Source: Candidatus Micrarchaeia archaeon (GTDB lineage Archaea > Micrarchaeota > Micrarchaeia > Norongarragalinales > CAINOH01). From it: 64,000 nt of DNA. The notes under the pieces were generated by a model. That model did no database searches. It was not told the origin of the DNA and was given only the letters and a program-made list of their open reading frames with translations. Positions 18,619 to 26,672 of this stretch are shown piece by piece. Both the position numbers and the translations under genes were made by a program. Location: positions 582-64,581 of the forward strand of contig JBAYMJ010000004.1 of the NCBI GenBank assembly GCA_041663565.1, given 5' to 3'. Numbering within the stretch: position 1 is the stretch's first letter; each line of letters starts with the position of its first letter.

Positions 18619-18884
18619 CAGAGTACAGGATAACTGTCCATGAGACGGTGACAAGGAAGCTCCTTAAGATGGACAACGCAATCCGCGAACGCCTAATCAA
18701 GGAAATCGCGAGGATGCGTTTTTCGGACCTCGGAAGGCATATGAAACACGGCCTTGATTTTTTTGTTGAGGAGGCTGGGCAGTACCGGATTGTTTTTCGG
18801 TGCATCGACCATGAAAAAAGAATTCATTTTGTCGGCAACCACAAGGAATACGAAAAATGGTATCGTAAAGCGATGCAAAACTAA
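18615..18884 (+). CDS. Type II toxin, RelE/ParE family
   Basis: 89 aa, with …YRIVFRCIDHEKRIHFVGNHKEY… (RelE/ParE fold signature). Confidence 0.6.
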   Translation: MTEYRITVHETVTRKLLKMDNAIRERLIKEIARMRFSDLGRHMKHGLDFFVEEAGQYRIVFRCIDHEKRIHFVGNHKEYEKWYRKAMQN

Positions 18885-18929
18885 TGTTAGGAAAAACGGC
18901 GCAGGATAATTTTCTTAAACCTGTCGGAT

Positions 18930-19679
18930 TCAGACGGGAGTGCCTGCGGTGTTGGACACGTCCACCACCTGGTCGCACATCACCTGGATGCCGTTCTCGT
19001 CAAGCACCATCGGGCAGACGTTCTCGCTTATCCTCGTGTCGCGCATCTTGATGACTTCGACCGCGCGGATGCGCACGCCCTTCTCCCGCAGGTGGTAGAA
19101 GTGGATTATGCCGTCGGAGAGGAAGTCGGCGCGCTTCGAGGTATAATTGTCAAGACGGGCGGGCTCCTCGGAAACCACGAGGGTGGTGCAGCCGAGGTCG
19201 TGCAACAGCTGGAAGAGCTCAAGAAGCGTCTGCTGCTCGCGGTAGGCGTCCTTTTCGAACATCAGCGAGAACGAAGTCAGCGGGTCCAGGACGACTCGCG
19301 AGATGTTGAACGACTCTATGGTGTCGCGGATGGAGCCGCCGCCCTGGGCGACTATGTCCATCAGGTCCTTGGGCTGGTAGTGGAAGAAAACGAAACGGCC
19401 CTGGCGCTCGAACTCCTCGAAGTTCCAGCCAAATAGGGATGCGGTCTGGTATATCTCCTCGCGCGGCTCGGAAAAGCTGATGAAGAGGGCGTTCTCGCCG
19501 CACGCGGTAAGGCCGGAGTAGAGGAACTGCAGGCAGAAGGTGGTCTTGCCCGTGCCGGAGTCGCCGCCCACCAGGGTGACGCTCTTGCGTATCAGGCCTC
19601 CGCCAGTCATCTCGTCCAGGCCGGGGACGCCGGTGCTTGTGCGCACGACGCCGCACACGTTCTGAAGCCGCGGTTCCAT
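18930..19679 (-). CDS. KaiC/RadA-like RecA-superfamily ATPase (start taken at the internal Met of MEPRLQNV; the ORF-track N-terminal extension is probably spurious)
   Basis: GVPGLDEMTGGGL, the Walker A motif GGDSGTGKTTFCLQF, and a KaiC-like core. The Ser/Ala-rich N-terminal extension of the listed ORF (18930..19976) looks non-coding. Confidence 0.7.
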   Translation of the reverse strand: MEPRLQNVCGVVRTSTGVPGLDEMTGGGLIRKSVTLVGGDSGTGKTTFCLQFLYSGLTACGENALFISFSEPREEIYQTASLFGWNFEEFERQGRFVFFHYQPKDLMDIVAQGGGSIRDTIESFNISRVVLDPLTSFSLMFEKDAYREQQTLLELFQLLHDLGCTTLVVSEEPARLDNYTSKRADFLSDGIIHFYHLREKGVRIRAVEVIKMRDTRISENVCPMVLDENGIQVMCDQVVDVSNTAGTPV

Positions 19680-19725
19680 GAGAAAAGCACGCAACCGGCA
19701 TTGATAAACGTGTCGAGGGCACCCG

Positions 19726-20847
19726 CTATGCGGAGAACACCTCGTCCATGTCGCCGAAGCGCTCGAGGACGGCTCCAAGGCCGAGAACCTTCCCGAGGGC
19801 AAGAAGCGAGGAAAGGCCGCGGTTTCCAAGGGCATCGAAAAACGAGCGGATGCCCCGGTGGAGCGCAAGCTTCCGGCCATATGCCTTTCTCCAGCGCTGC
19901 TCGTAGCGGATGGGCTGCTTGCGCTTGACGAAGGCCACAATCTCGTCGGCTGCAACCTTTGCGCACCTGCTTGCAAAGACTATGCCTCCACCGGTGCTTG
20001 CCTTCGCCTGGCCAGCGGCGTCGCCTACAAGCAGCACGTTCCCCAACTGCGTCCTTTTGCGCGGCCGGAGGGGAATCATGGCGTAGAACTCGCGGCGAGC
20101 CATTGCGCGCGCCCCAAGAAGCGCCCGCACTTCGGGCCGCGAAAGGAAAGCCGCCTTGGAGTACAGGAGGCCGCGGCGGTTTGTAGTGCCTAACCCCACG
20201 CGCACCACGGACTCCGAGCAGGGCACGGTCCAGCCGAAGAAGCCCGACAGCCTTTCGGAGTCGAGGAAGACCTGCACCTTGCCAACTGCCGGGACCTTCG
20301 CGTCGGCGTATTCCGCCTCGTAGCAGAAAGCGTAGTCGCGGTCGCGGAATGCCGGGAAGCACGCCGCCCGCGCAACCGCCGAATTCGCGCCGTCGGCGCC
20401 TACGAGGACCTTGCAGCGGAATTTTTGCGCTGCCTTGTTTTTGGGCCTCTTGCACGATACGGAAAAGCCCGACTCGTCCTCCAAAAACGACTCGAAGCGC
20501 GTGTCGAACAGAAACTTCGCGCCGGCCTTCTGCGCGGCCTTGGCGCAAGCTTCGTCGAACTTGAACCGGTCAAGCACGAGGGCCTGCACCTTGCCGGTGC
20601 GGACGCCCATGTGCGTGCCCGCGGCGCGGATGTCGGCCCCGTGGATTTCGTTGAGCGTTGACGACGAGTAGTCCGCGCCGATGGAATCAAGGCCCTTCCT
20701 GGAAACTATGGCGGTGCAGCGTCCGTACTTTCCGGGCAGGGGGTGCTCCTCCACGACGCAAACCGAAAGCCCGGCGCGGGCGCAATGGAGCGCGACGGCG
20801 CTGCCCGACACCGAGCCGCCAACGACAACAACGTCAAACTTTTGCAT
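19726..20847 (-). CDS. Geranylgeranyl reductase family FAD-dependent oxidoreductase (digeranylgeranylglycerophospholipid reductase-like)
   Basis: N-terminal FAD motif DVVVVGGSVSGSAVA, and GDAAGQAKASTGGGI. Confidence 0.75.
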   Translation of the reverse strand: MQKFDVVVVGGSVSGSAVALHCARAGLSVCVVEEHPLPGKYGRCTAIVSRKGLDSIGADYSSSTLNEIHGADIRAAGTHMGVRTGKVQALVLDRFKFDEACAKAAQKAGAKFLFDTRFESFLEDESGFSVSCKRPKNKAAQKFRCKVLVGADGANSAVARAACFPAFRDRDYAFCYEAEYADAKVPAVGKVQVFLDSERLSGFFGWTVPCSESVVRVGLGTTNRRGLLYSKAAFLSRPEVRALLGARAMARREFYAMIPLRPRKRTQLGNVLLVGDAAGQAKASTGGGIVFASRCAKVAADEIVAFVKRKQPIRYEQRWRKAYGRKLALHRGIRSFFDALGNRGLSSLLALGKVLGLGAVLERFGDMDEVFSA

Positions 20848-21004
20848 TCAATTTCGCCTGGAAGCGGATTGTTTGCCGCCCATCACTTGCAAATATATTT
20901 TGTTGGGCTGGATGACTCCTCATGTTAGCTGGGAGTTGAAAACCTCTCGAATAGTGGCAATGGGCTCGGTCAAGGTTAAAAAGTGTTGGTAACGCGGGTT
21001 TTTT

Positions 21005-22174
21005 ATGAATCGGGTTTGCAAGTTCAGGTTGTATCCATCCAAAGCGCAGGAAGAGCTATTGCTCCAGCACTTGTGGGCAGCTAAAAACCTTTGGAACAAC
21101 GTCTTGAAAATTACTAAGCAGTTGTATGAGAACTTTGACAAATTCCCAACTGGGCGCACCCTAGCGCAGTTGAGCAAAGATTCGGGCTTGTATTCTCAAG
21201 TCGCGCAACAGGTTTCAATACGCTTGACTCTCGCATTGAAGGCAGTTTCGTGTCGTAAGAAATCGGGCGAGAAGGCGGGGTTTCCGCGTTTCAAAAACAT
21301 TGACCGAATGAAATCACTATGCTACCCCCAGTCAGGGTTCAAACTCGTAGAGAAGAAGCTGCGAGTCACTCCTTTTGGAGAAATCAACATCAGGTTACAC
21401 AGGCCAATCGAGGGCAAAATCAAAACGTTATCACTCAAGCGGAAGTCGAGCGGCAGATGGTTCGCCGTAATCACAGTCGAACTGCCCGACGTGGAATACA
21501 AGTCCAACGGCAAGCCGAGCGTCGGGATAGATGTTGGTTTGAAATCGTTTGCTACTCTGTCGGATGGTTCGAAGATAAAGAATCCGCGCAATTTTGAACT
21601 CGCTCAAGAGCGACTCGCAGCCGCCCAAAAGCAGTTGTCGAAAAAGGCAAGGGACGGGAAGAACCGCTGGAAATCCAAGCGCAGGGTGGCCCGTATCCAC
21701 GAAAAGATTGTGAACAAGCGCGACGACTACCTACACAAACTCTCACACAAGTTCGTAGGCGAGTACGGGCTAATTGCACTAGAAAAACTAGATATAAATA
21801 GGCTGAAAGAGAATAAGTTTGGTAAACAGATTAATGATGCTTCTTGGGGTAAACTCTCGAATATGATTAGCTACAAAGCGGCAGATGCTGGTTGCCAAGT
21901 CGTGCTCGTAGAACCCAAGGGAACAACAAAACAGTGTTCCAACTGCGGCCACGAAAAACGAATGCCACTAACTGAACGCATCTACGGGTGCGACGCCTGC
22001 GGGTTGGTGGAAGACCGTGACGTGAACGCTGCCAAAAACATACTTGCGAAAGCTACGGCGGGAATCGCCGGAAGTAACGCCCGTGGAGTCGGGAGCATAA
22101 TCCCGACAGTGAAACAGGAAGCACTAACCGAAAGGCGGTGTAATTCACAGCGGTTGCAGGCTTCAACAGTTTAA
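21005..22174 (+). CDS. tnpB: TnpB (IS200/IS605 family OrfB; RNA-guided endonuclease), no adjacent tnpA
   Basis: N-terminus MNRVCKFRLYPSKAQEELLLQHLWAAKNLWN (OrfB HTH). C-terminal RuvC plus zinc finger: QVVLVEPKGTTKQCSNCGHEK…CGCDACGLVEDRDVNAAKNI. Confidence 0.85.
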   Translation: MNRVCKFRLYPSKAQEELLLQHLWAAKNLWNNVLKITKQLYENFDKFPTGRTLAQLSKDSGLYSQVAQQVSIRLTLALKAVSCRKKSGEKAGFPRFKNIDRMKSLCYPQSGFKLVEKKLRVTPFGEINIRLHRPIEGKIKTLSLKRKSSGRWFAVITVELPDVEYKSNGKPSVGIDVGLKSFATLSDGSKIKNPRNFELAQERLAAAQKQLSKKARDGKNRWKSKRRVARIHEKIVNKRDDYLHKLSHKFVGEYGLIALEKLDINRLKENKFGKQINDASWGKLSNMISYKAADAGCQVVLVEPKGTTKQCSNCGHEKRMPLTERIYGCDACGLVEDRDVNAAKNILAKATAGIAGSNARGVGSIIPTVKQEALTERRCNSQRLQASTV

Positions 22175-22190
22175 CGAGTGTGACCATGAG
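22000..22190 (+). ncRNA. Putative omega RNA (reRNA) overlapping the tnpB 3' end and right end
   Basis: Perfect 7-bp hairpin gtcgggagcataatcccgac (~22088-22107) and further stems within the last ~170 nt of tnpB, as expected for omega RNA scaffolds. No direct evidence of transcription. Confidence 0.3.
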
Positions 22191-22192
22191 AT

Positions 22193-22480
22193 ATGGACTT
22201 CCAACCTCTGCAGGCAATAGTCGGCGGCGCGCTGTTTCTGGTAAGCGGCTACGCGGTCTCCCTTGCTGCGTTTCCCAAAAACGAGCTTGACGCGATAGAG
22301 CGCATCGTGCTTTCGCTGTTCTTCTCGGTATCAATACCCGCGGTGCTCCTTCTGGTCGCGAACCTCCTCTTGGGAATACGGCTTGACGCGGTTGCAGTCT
22401 ATGCGGCGTACATAATCACGATTGCGGCCGCCCTCGGGTACATGAAGTACGGGAAGAAGGGCCACGGACACCGCGCATAA
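22193..22480 (+). CDS. Small membrane protein (3 predicted TM helices)
   Basis: Hydrophobic 95-aa ORF that starts 19 nt after the tnpB stop. Confidence 0.45.
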   Translation: MDFQPLQAIVGGALFLVSGYAVSLAAFPKNELDAIERIVLSLFFSVSIPAVLLLVANLLLGIRLDAVAVYAAYIITIAAALGYMKYGKKGHGHRA

Positions 22481-23183
22481 ACCACCCAAGCCATAGGTAG
22501 CGCAGCCGGAGCTGCAGGATTCCCAGCGTCATCTTCAACAAGTCCAGCGGACGCGCCTTACTGCCCTTCCGATACGCCCACGCAACCGGGCGCTCCGCAA
22601 CAACAAGGCCCATCTTCCTTGCGGCGACAAGCATCTCCACGTCCCACTCGTAGCCACTGGATGAAAAAGCGAACCTTGAGAGCTTGCGGGCTGCCTTCCG
22701 CGAGTAGAGCTTGTAGCCGCACTGCGTGTCGGAATACGAAAAGCCGAAGAGAAGGCGCACGAAGGAATTGAGAAGGAAGCTCAGGCAGCGACGGTAGAAC
22801 GGGATTGCGCCGATTGCCTTCGAGCCTGCGCGCCGCCTTGACGCGATGACTATGTCCGCTGCCTTGAGTTTTTGCCGCATCTTCGGAACCTCGGACAGCT
22901 CCAGGCTCGCGTCGGCGTCGAAGGAAAGGACGTCGCCGGTTGACTTCCGAAGGCCGACAAGTATTGCCGCGCCTTTCCCCAAGCGGTGCGGAAATGATAT
23001 CACTTCAAGCCGAGGCTTGAACGCGCCGGCAAACCTCCTGCAGGTTGTGGCGGTGGAATCGTCGCCGTCGCTGACTACGATGATCCGGGTCCCGCGCCGT
23101 TCCTTGGCCCACCCGGCAAGCACGGACAAAGTCGGCGCTATGCGCTCTTCCTCGTCGTATGCCGGGATAAGTATGGTCAGCAA
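22416..23183 (-). CDS. Family 2 glycosyltransferase (dolichyl-phosphate sugar synthase-like)
   Basis: N-terminus LTILIPAYDEEERI…VVSDGDDST, the canonical GT2 DxD region. Confidence 0.75.
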   Translation of the reverse strand: MLTILIPAYDEEERIAPTLSVLAGWAKERRGTRIIVVSDGDDSTATTCRRFAGAFKPRLEVISFPHRLGKGAAILVGLRKSTGDVLSFDADASLELSEVPKMRQKLKAADIVIASRRRAGSKAIGAIPFYRRCLSFLLNSFVRLLFGFSYSDTQCGYKLYSRKAARKLSRFAFSSSGYEWDVEMLVAARKMGLVVAERPVAWAYRKGSKARPLDLLKMTLGILQLRLRYLWLGWFMRGVRGPSSRTSCTRGRPQS

Positions 23184-23295
23184 GCTAACTCCCCAGTCCT
23201 GCGGGGCGCAAATACACCGCAGGCCGTATATACCTTATCGTCCATCACAATAACAACTGTTCGAAAAACCTGATGCTGTTTCCTGAAAAGGACAA

Positions 23296-24681
23296 GTGGT
23301 GGCGCGTATGTCTTCTTCTATTTTTGGCGGCTACGACGTCCGCGGGATATTCCCGACAGAGCTTGACGACAAGGCCGCGCTGCGCATAGGCGCATCCTTC
23401 GGCGCGCTGCTTTCGCAGAGGGGGATACCCACCTGCATCGTCGGCCGCGACAACCGCGAAAGCTCCGAGGCGCTCTCTCACGCATTCATCGAAGGCCTCA
23501 CTGCCTATGCAGGGGTGAACGTGATAGACATCGGCCTTGCGCCGACAAGCACCCTGTGCTTTGCCCTTTCCAACAACATGCAGATGGCCGGCGCCTCGGT
23601 AACCGCGTCGCACAACCCCATCCAATACAATGGCATCAAGTTCTACGGCCGAAAGGCACTACCGCTTTTTTCGGATGACCTTGCGAAGGTAAGACGGGTT
23701 TACGAATCCGAAGGCAATCTTGCGAAGGCAAACGTCGCAGGAAGGGTCACGCGCGCGACGTACACCGACAGGCACGCCGAGTTCGTCGCATCAAGGCACA
23801 GGCTCGCACGCAAGTTCAAGGTCGTAGTCGACTGCGGCAACTCCGTGTGCGGAATGGTCGCGCTCCGGATGTTCAAGCTTTTGGGCTGCGAGACGGTCGA
23901 GCTTTTCTGCGAGCCCGACGGCAGGTACCCGAACCACCTGCCTGACCCGCACAAGCGCGAGAACTACGCGGCGATTACCGCGAAGGTCATCGAGACAAAG
24001 GCGGACTTCGGCGTGATGTTCGACGGCGACGGCGACCGCGCGGGCTTCGTCGACGAGACGGGAAACATAGTCGACGGCGACTACGCGCACATCCTGCTTT
24101 TGCGCGACCTGCTCTCGCGCAAGCCGGGCGCGACCGCGATACTCGACCTGCGGCTTTCGCTTGCAGTGTTCGAGGACGCCACCGCGCACGGGGCCAAGGT
24201 AGTGATGAGCAAGGCGGGCAGGATGGCAATCCACGAGGAGATGGACAAGCTTTCCGCGGACTACGGCGGGGAAGTCACCGGGCACATCTCGTTTGCGGAA
24301 AACTCGGGAAACGACGACGCGTTCTACTCTACGGCGAGGATGGCGCAGATACTCTCGCAGTCGCAGGAAAAGTTCTCGAAGATTGTCTCGGACCTGCCGC
24401 ACTACTATTCGCTTCCCGAGATGCGCATCCCCTGCGCCAACGAAAGGAAGTTCGCAATCGTGGAGGAAGTCAAGAAGGAGATGTGGAAGAGCTACAAGGT
24501 CAACTCGCTCGACGGCGTCCGGGTTGACTTCGACGACTCGTGGGGGCTGCTGCGCGTCTCCAACACCGAGCCGCAGGTTACGCTGCGGTTCGAAGGAAAG
24601 ACCCGGGCCGCGCTGGAAAAAGTATACGCGATATTCTCTGCCGAGCTTTCAAAGAACGGCGTCACGCTCCCAAAAATCTGA
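23296..24681 (+). CDS. Phosphomannomutase/phosphoglucomutase (alpha-D-phosphohexomutase family)
   Basis: YDVRG…, active-site TASHNP, FDGDGDR metal loop. Confidence 0.85.
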   Translation: MVARMSSSIFGGYDVRGIFPTELDDKAALRIGASFGALLSQRGIPTCIVGRDNRESSEALSHAFIEGLTAYAGVNVIDIGLAPTSTLCFALSNNMQMAGASVTASHNPIQYNGIKFYGRKALPLFSDDLAKVRRVYESEGNLAKANVAGRVTRATYTDRHAEFVASRHRLARKFKVVVDCGNSVCGMVALRMFKLLGCETVELFCEPDGRYPNHLPDPHKRENYAAITAKVIETKADFGVMFDGDGDRAGFVDETGNIVDGDYAHILLLRDLLSRKPGATAILDLRLSLAVFEDATAHGAKVVMSKAGRMAIHEEMDKLSADYGGEVTGHISFAENSGNDDAFYSTARMAQILSQSQEKFSKIVSDLPHYYSLPEMRIPCANERKFAIVEEVKKEMWKSYKVNSLDGVRVDFDDSWGLLRVSNTEPQVTLRFEGKTRAALEKVYAIFSAELSKNGVTLPKI

Positions 24682-24703
24682 TTGCCCCGGACGGCGTTTA
24701 CGG

Positions 24704-25444
24704 TCAGAGCCTGCGCACGTTGCGCTTCAGCCACTCCTCGGCCTCCGCATACTGCCCGAACTTACGCTCGTCCGCAAGGAACGAAGTCGAGTGCACGATT
24801 ACCCGCATGCTCTTGCCGCGCTCGTAGAGCGGCTTGTACTTCGAGTGCAAAAACTCGTGGAAGCACAGGTACTCGATTATGAACCGGGGGACTTCTTCGG
24901 AATCGAATATGCGGCTCACGAGGACCGCGTCGAACGCGCGGTCGTAGAATGCCAGGGTGCGCCGTCCGCCCTTGTCGTTCCAATGGACCGCAGGCATCTT
25001 GTCAAGCTGGAGCACCCAGCGGTATTTTTCCATCACCGACCTACCGACCTCCGAAAGGTCGTACGCGGTTCCCTGCGAGTTGTCGCGCCGCTTCCTAGCG
25101 CGCATCTGCCTCATGGAATCGGAAAGCTTGAACAATGCGCCCTTCTTGGAAAACTCGCGGAAGGCACGCACGTACTCGTTGTCCACTTTCCTGCGAAAGA
25201 GCCGGCCGCACAAGTCAAGCGCAAGGCCCGTGAGCGCCTCGCGGGTGGACAGCCGGAACGCGTCGCTCGCCTCGGCGTCGATGCGCATCTGCAGCCGGTC
25301 CACCGATGCTTTGTGCCTGACGGACGAGAACGGCCTGAAGCGCGCATTGACCGAGTAGCCGGAGATGCCCAGGATTGAGAGTGCGGAATAGAACGCGGCC
25401 TCCAGGTCGGAGTCGTCGAATGAGTCTGCCGGAAGGTCGTCCAT
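24704..25444 (-). CDS. Putative zinc metallopeptidase-like protein (HExxH; DUF45/YgjP-like)
   Basis: …LCFHEFLHSKY… HExxH motif near the C-terminus. Family assignment is uncertain. Confidence 0.35.
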   Translation of the reverse strand: MDDLPADSFDDSDLEAAFYSALSILGISGYSVNARFRPFSSVRHKASVDRLQMRIDAEASDAFRLSTREALTGLALDLCGRLFRRKVDNEYVRAFREFSKKGALFKLSDSMRQMRARKRRDNSQGTAYDLSEVGRSVMEKYRWVLQLDKMPAVHWNDKGGRRTLAFYDRAFDAVLVSRIFDSEEVPRFIIEYLCFHEFLHSKYKPLYERGKSMRVIVHSTSFLADERKFGQYAEAEEWLKRNVRRL

Positions 25445-25562
25445 CGGAATCAGGAAGATACATTGGATGCCGGGAGTTTTTTTGACTATGCAAAAAAATA
25501 CGAAGCATTAAATACGGCGCGCCGGTGATATGATAAATCTCAAAAAAAGGAGGCGTAATGAA

Positions 25563-25595
25563 ATGGCAGCAAAGAAGAAAGCAAAGAAGAAATAA
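25563..25595 (+). CDS. Micro-ORF encoding MAAKKKAKKK (10 aa)
   Basis: Preceded by aaaaaaaggagg (SD-like) and followed by the hairpin ggggggagcattcccccc plus a T-run. A paralog lies 230 nt downstream. Confidence 0.35.
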   Translation: MAAKKKAKKK

Positions 25596-25610
25596 GTGCC
25601 TTGATTTTTA

Positions 25611-25640
25611 GGGGGGAGCATTCCCCCCGCACCATTTTTC
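25611..25640 (+). terminator. GC hairpin (GGGGGGA/TCCCCCC) plus T-tract, intrinsic-terminator-like
   Basis: ggggggagcattcccccc gcacc attttt. Confidence 0.4.
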
Positions 25641-25793
25641 GCCGAGAAAAACAATATTTGCCGGAAAAAATAAAAAAATCCGGCGAAAAATCTGATTTTG
25701 CCGGAAATTATTTTTCCAAAAATTCTGGTATAGTTTTTTATATGATGCCGCAGTGCCAGTATTAACTTTTCAAGAAAAGGAGTGAATCCACAC

Positions 25794-25838
25794 ATGGCAG
25801 CAAAGAAGAAGGCTAAGGCAAAGGCCAAGAAGAAATAA
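25794..25838 (+). CDS. Micro-ORF encoding MAAKKKAKAKAKKK (14 aa), paralog of 25563..25595
   Basis: Same start context (aaaaggag…atggcagcaaagaagaa) and the same …aagaagaaataa ending. Followed by the hairpin gggggacgcatgtgccccc plus a T-run. Confidence 0.35.
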   Translation: MAAKKKAKAKAKKK

Positions 25839-25854
25839 TTTATTTTAAGAGTAT

Positions 25855-25885
25855 GGGGGACGCATGTGCCCCCGACTTTTTCTTT
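25855..25885 (+). terminator. GC hairpin plus T-tract, terminator-like
   Basis: gggggacgcatgtgccccc gac tttttctttt. Confidence 0.4.
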
Positions 25886-26057
25886 TATTTCCCTTCCTTT
25901 CTTTTTACTTTCCGAAAATTCCATCCCGCCGGCGAGCCTGCTGCATATTTATCCTCCGGCGTGGAGAATAATCCTGTGATGAGACTGAGGTATTTCCTAG
26001 CCGCTTGTCCTATGGGATTCTGCTGCGATGAGGAGAAGAGAGTCATCTGATAATTGT

Positions 26058-26672
26058 TCAACCGCTTTCCTCTGCGGACTGGACGGAATACACAAGCACT
26101 TTTGGTCTGAGCGTGCGCCACGAATCGGGCCGCATCCCTGCCTTCGCGCACAGGTGCGAAAGGAACTCCTCCTTTCCCGGAAGCTGTTCCCAGACCTGCG
26201 GGAGGAAAGTCGAGCCAGCTCCGTTCGAGAACTTAAGCAGCACGCCGTTCTCGCGTGGCTTTAGCTTTGAAAGCAAATCGCTTGAATCAGAATAACCAAG
26301 CTCGGACAGCGGCGAAAGCACCGAAACCTCAATAGTGATTTTTTCAAACTCGTCTTTTGAAAGCGGCAGGAAGCGCGGGTCGGAGAACGCGGCGTTGAGC
26401 GCGTTGTCATAAACCGCATACAGCAGAGGCGAGTCGGCAAACATCGAGCCTATGCAGCCGCGAAGGTTCCCGGCGATGGTCAGGGTGAGGAACGCGCCGC
26501 GCTTTTGCATGAGGGCGCCGGCATCTTTTCCCGCGGATTTTTCCAAACCTTTCCGTGAAAGGTTCGGCTGGCCGGAAAGCCGCCGCGCTATCGCTTCCCT
26601 TGCGATGCGCAAAAGAAGACGCATCTGCGGCTTTGAAAACCGTTTCTCACTTGTAGAACGCGAAAGCGCCAT
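26058..26672 (-). CDS. amrA: AMMECR1-domain protein (AmmeMemoRadiSam system protein A); start possibly the internal Met at 26624
   Basis: GAFLTLTIAGNLRGCIG signature of AMMECR1. Operon with MEMO1-like and radical SAM genes. Confidence 0.8.
   Translation of the reverse strand: MALSRSTSEKRFSKPQMRLLLRIAREAIARRLSGQPNLSRKGLEKSAGKDAGALMQKRGAFLTLTIAGNLRGCIGSMFADSPLLYAVYDNALNAAFSDPRFLPLSKDEFEKITIEVSVLSPLSELGYSDSSDLLSKLKPRENGVLLKFSNGAGSTFLPQVWEQLPGKEEFLSHLCAKAGMRPDSWRTLRPKVLVYSVQSAEESG

Larger units (their letters stand above)
21005..22190 (+). mobile_element. Solo TnpB-only IS200/IS605-type element (IS1341-like). The ends are not defined from sequence alone.
   Basis: TnpB ORF without tnpA. Its 3' end abuts the next gene, 19 nt away. 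Confidence 0.45.

Noticed and set aside
18930-19976. 348-aa version of the KaiC-like ATPase with a Ser/Ala-rich 99-aa N-terminal extension
   Set aside because: The extension is low-complexity and overlaps the GGR gene region. A canonical start (MEPRLQNV…) precedes the GVPGLDE/Walker A core, so the shorter gene 18930..19679 is preferred.
19219-20548. Overlapping alternative-frame ORFs 19219..19722 and 19607..20548 (minus strand)
   Set aside because: They overlap the KaiC-like and GGR genes in other frames and have Arg/Pro-rich nonsense composition.
25558-25611. Alternative 17-aa reading MKWQQRRKQRRNKCLDF from the ATG at 25558
   Set aside because: Only the MAAKKK… frame is conserved in the second paralogous locus (25794..25838). 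The alternative frame has no counterpart there.
25508-25924. 138-aa minus-strand ORF across the AT-rich island
   Set aside because: Phe/Lys-rich translation of an AT-rich spacer with no start context. The region is better explained by two micro-ORFs plus terminators on the plus strand.
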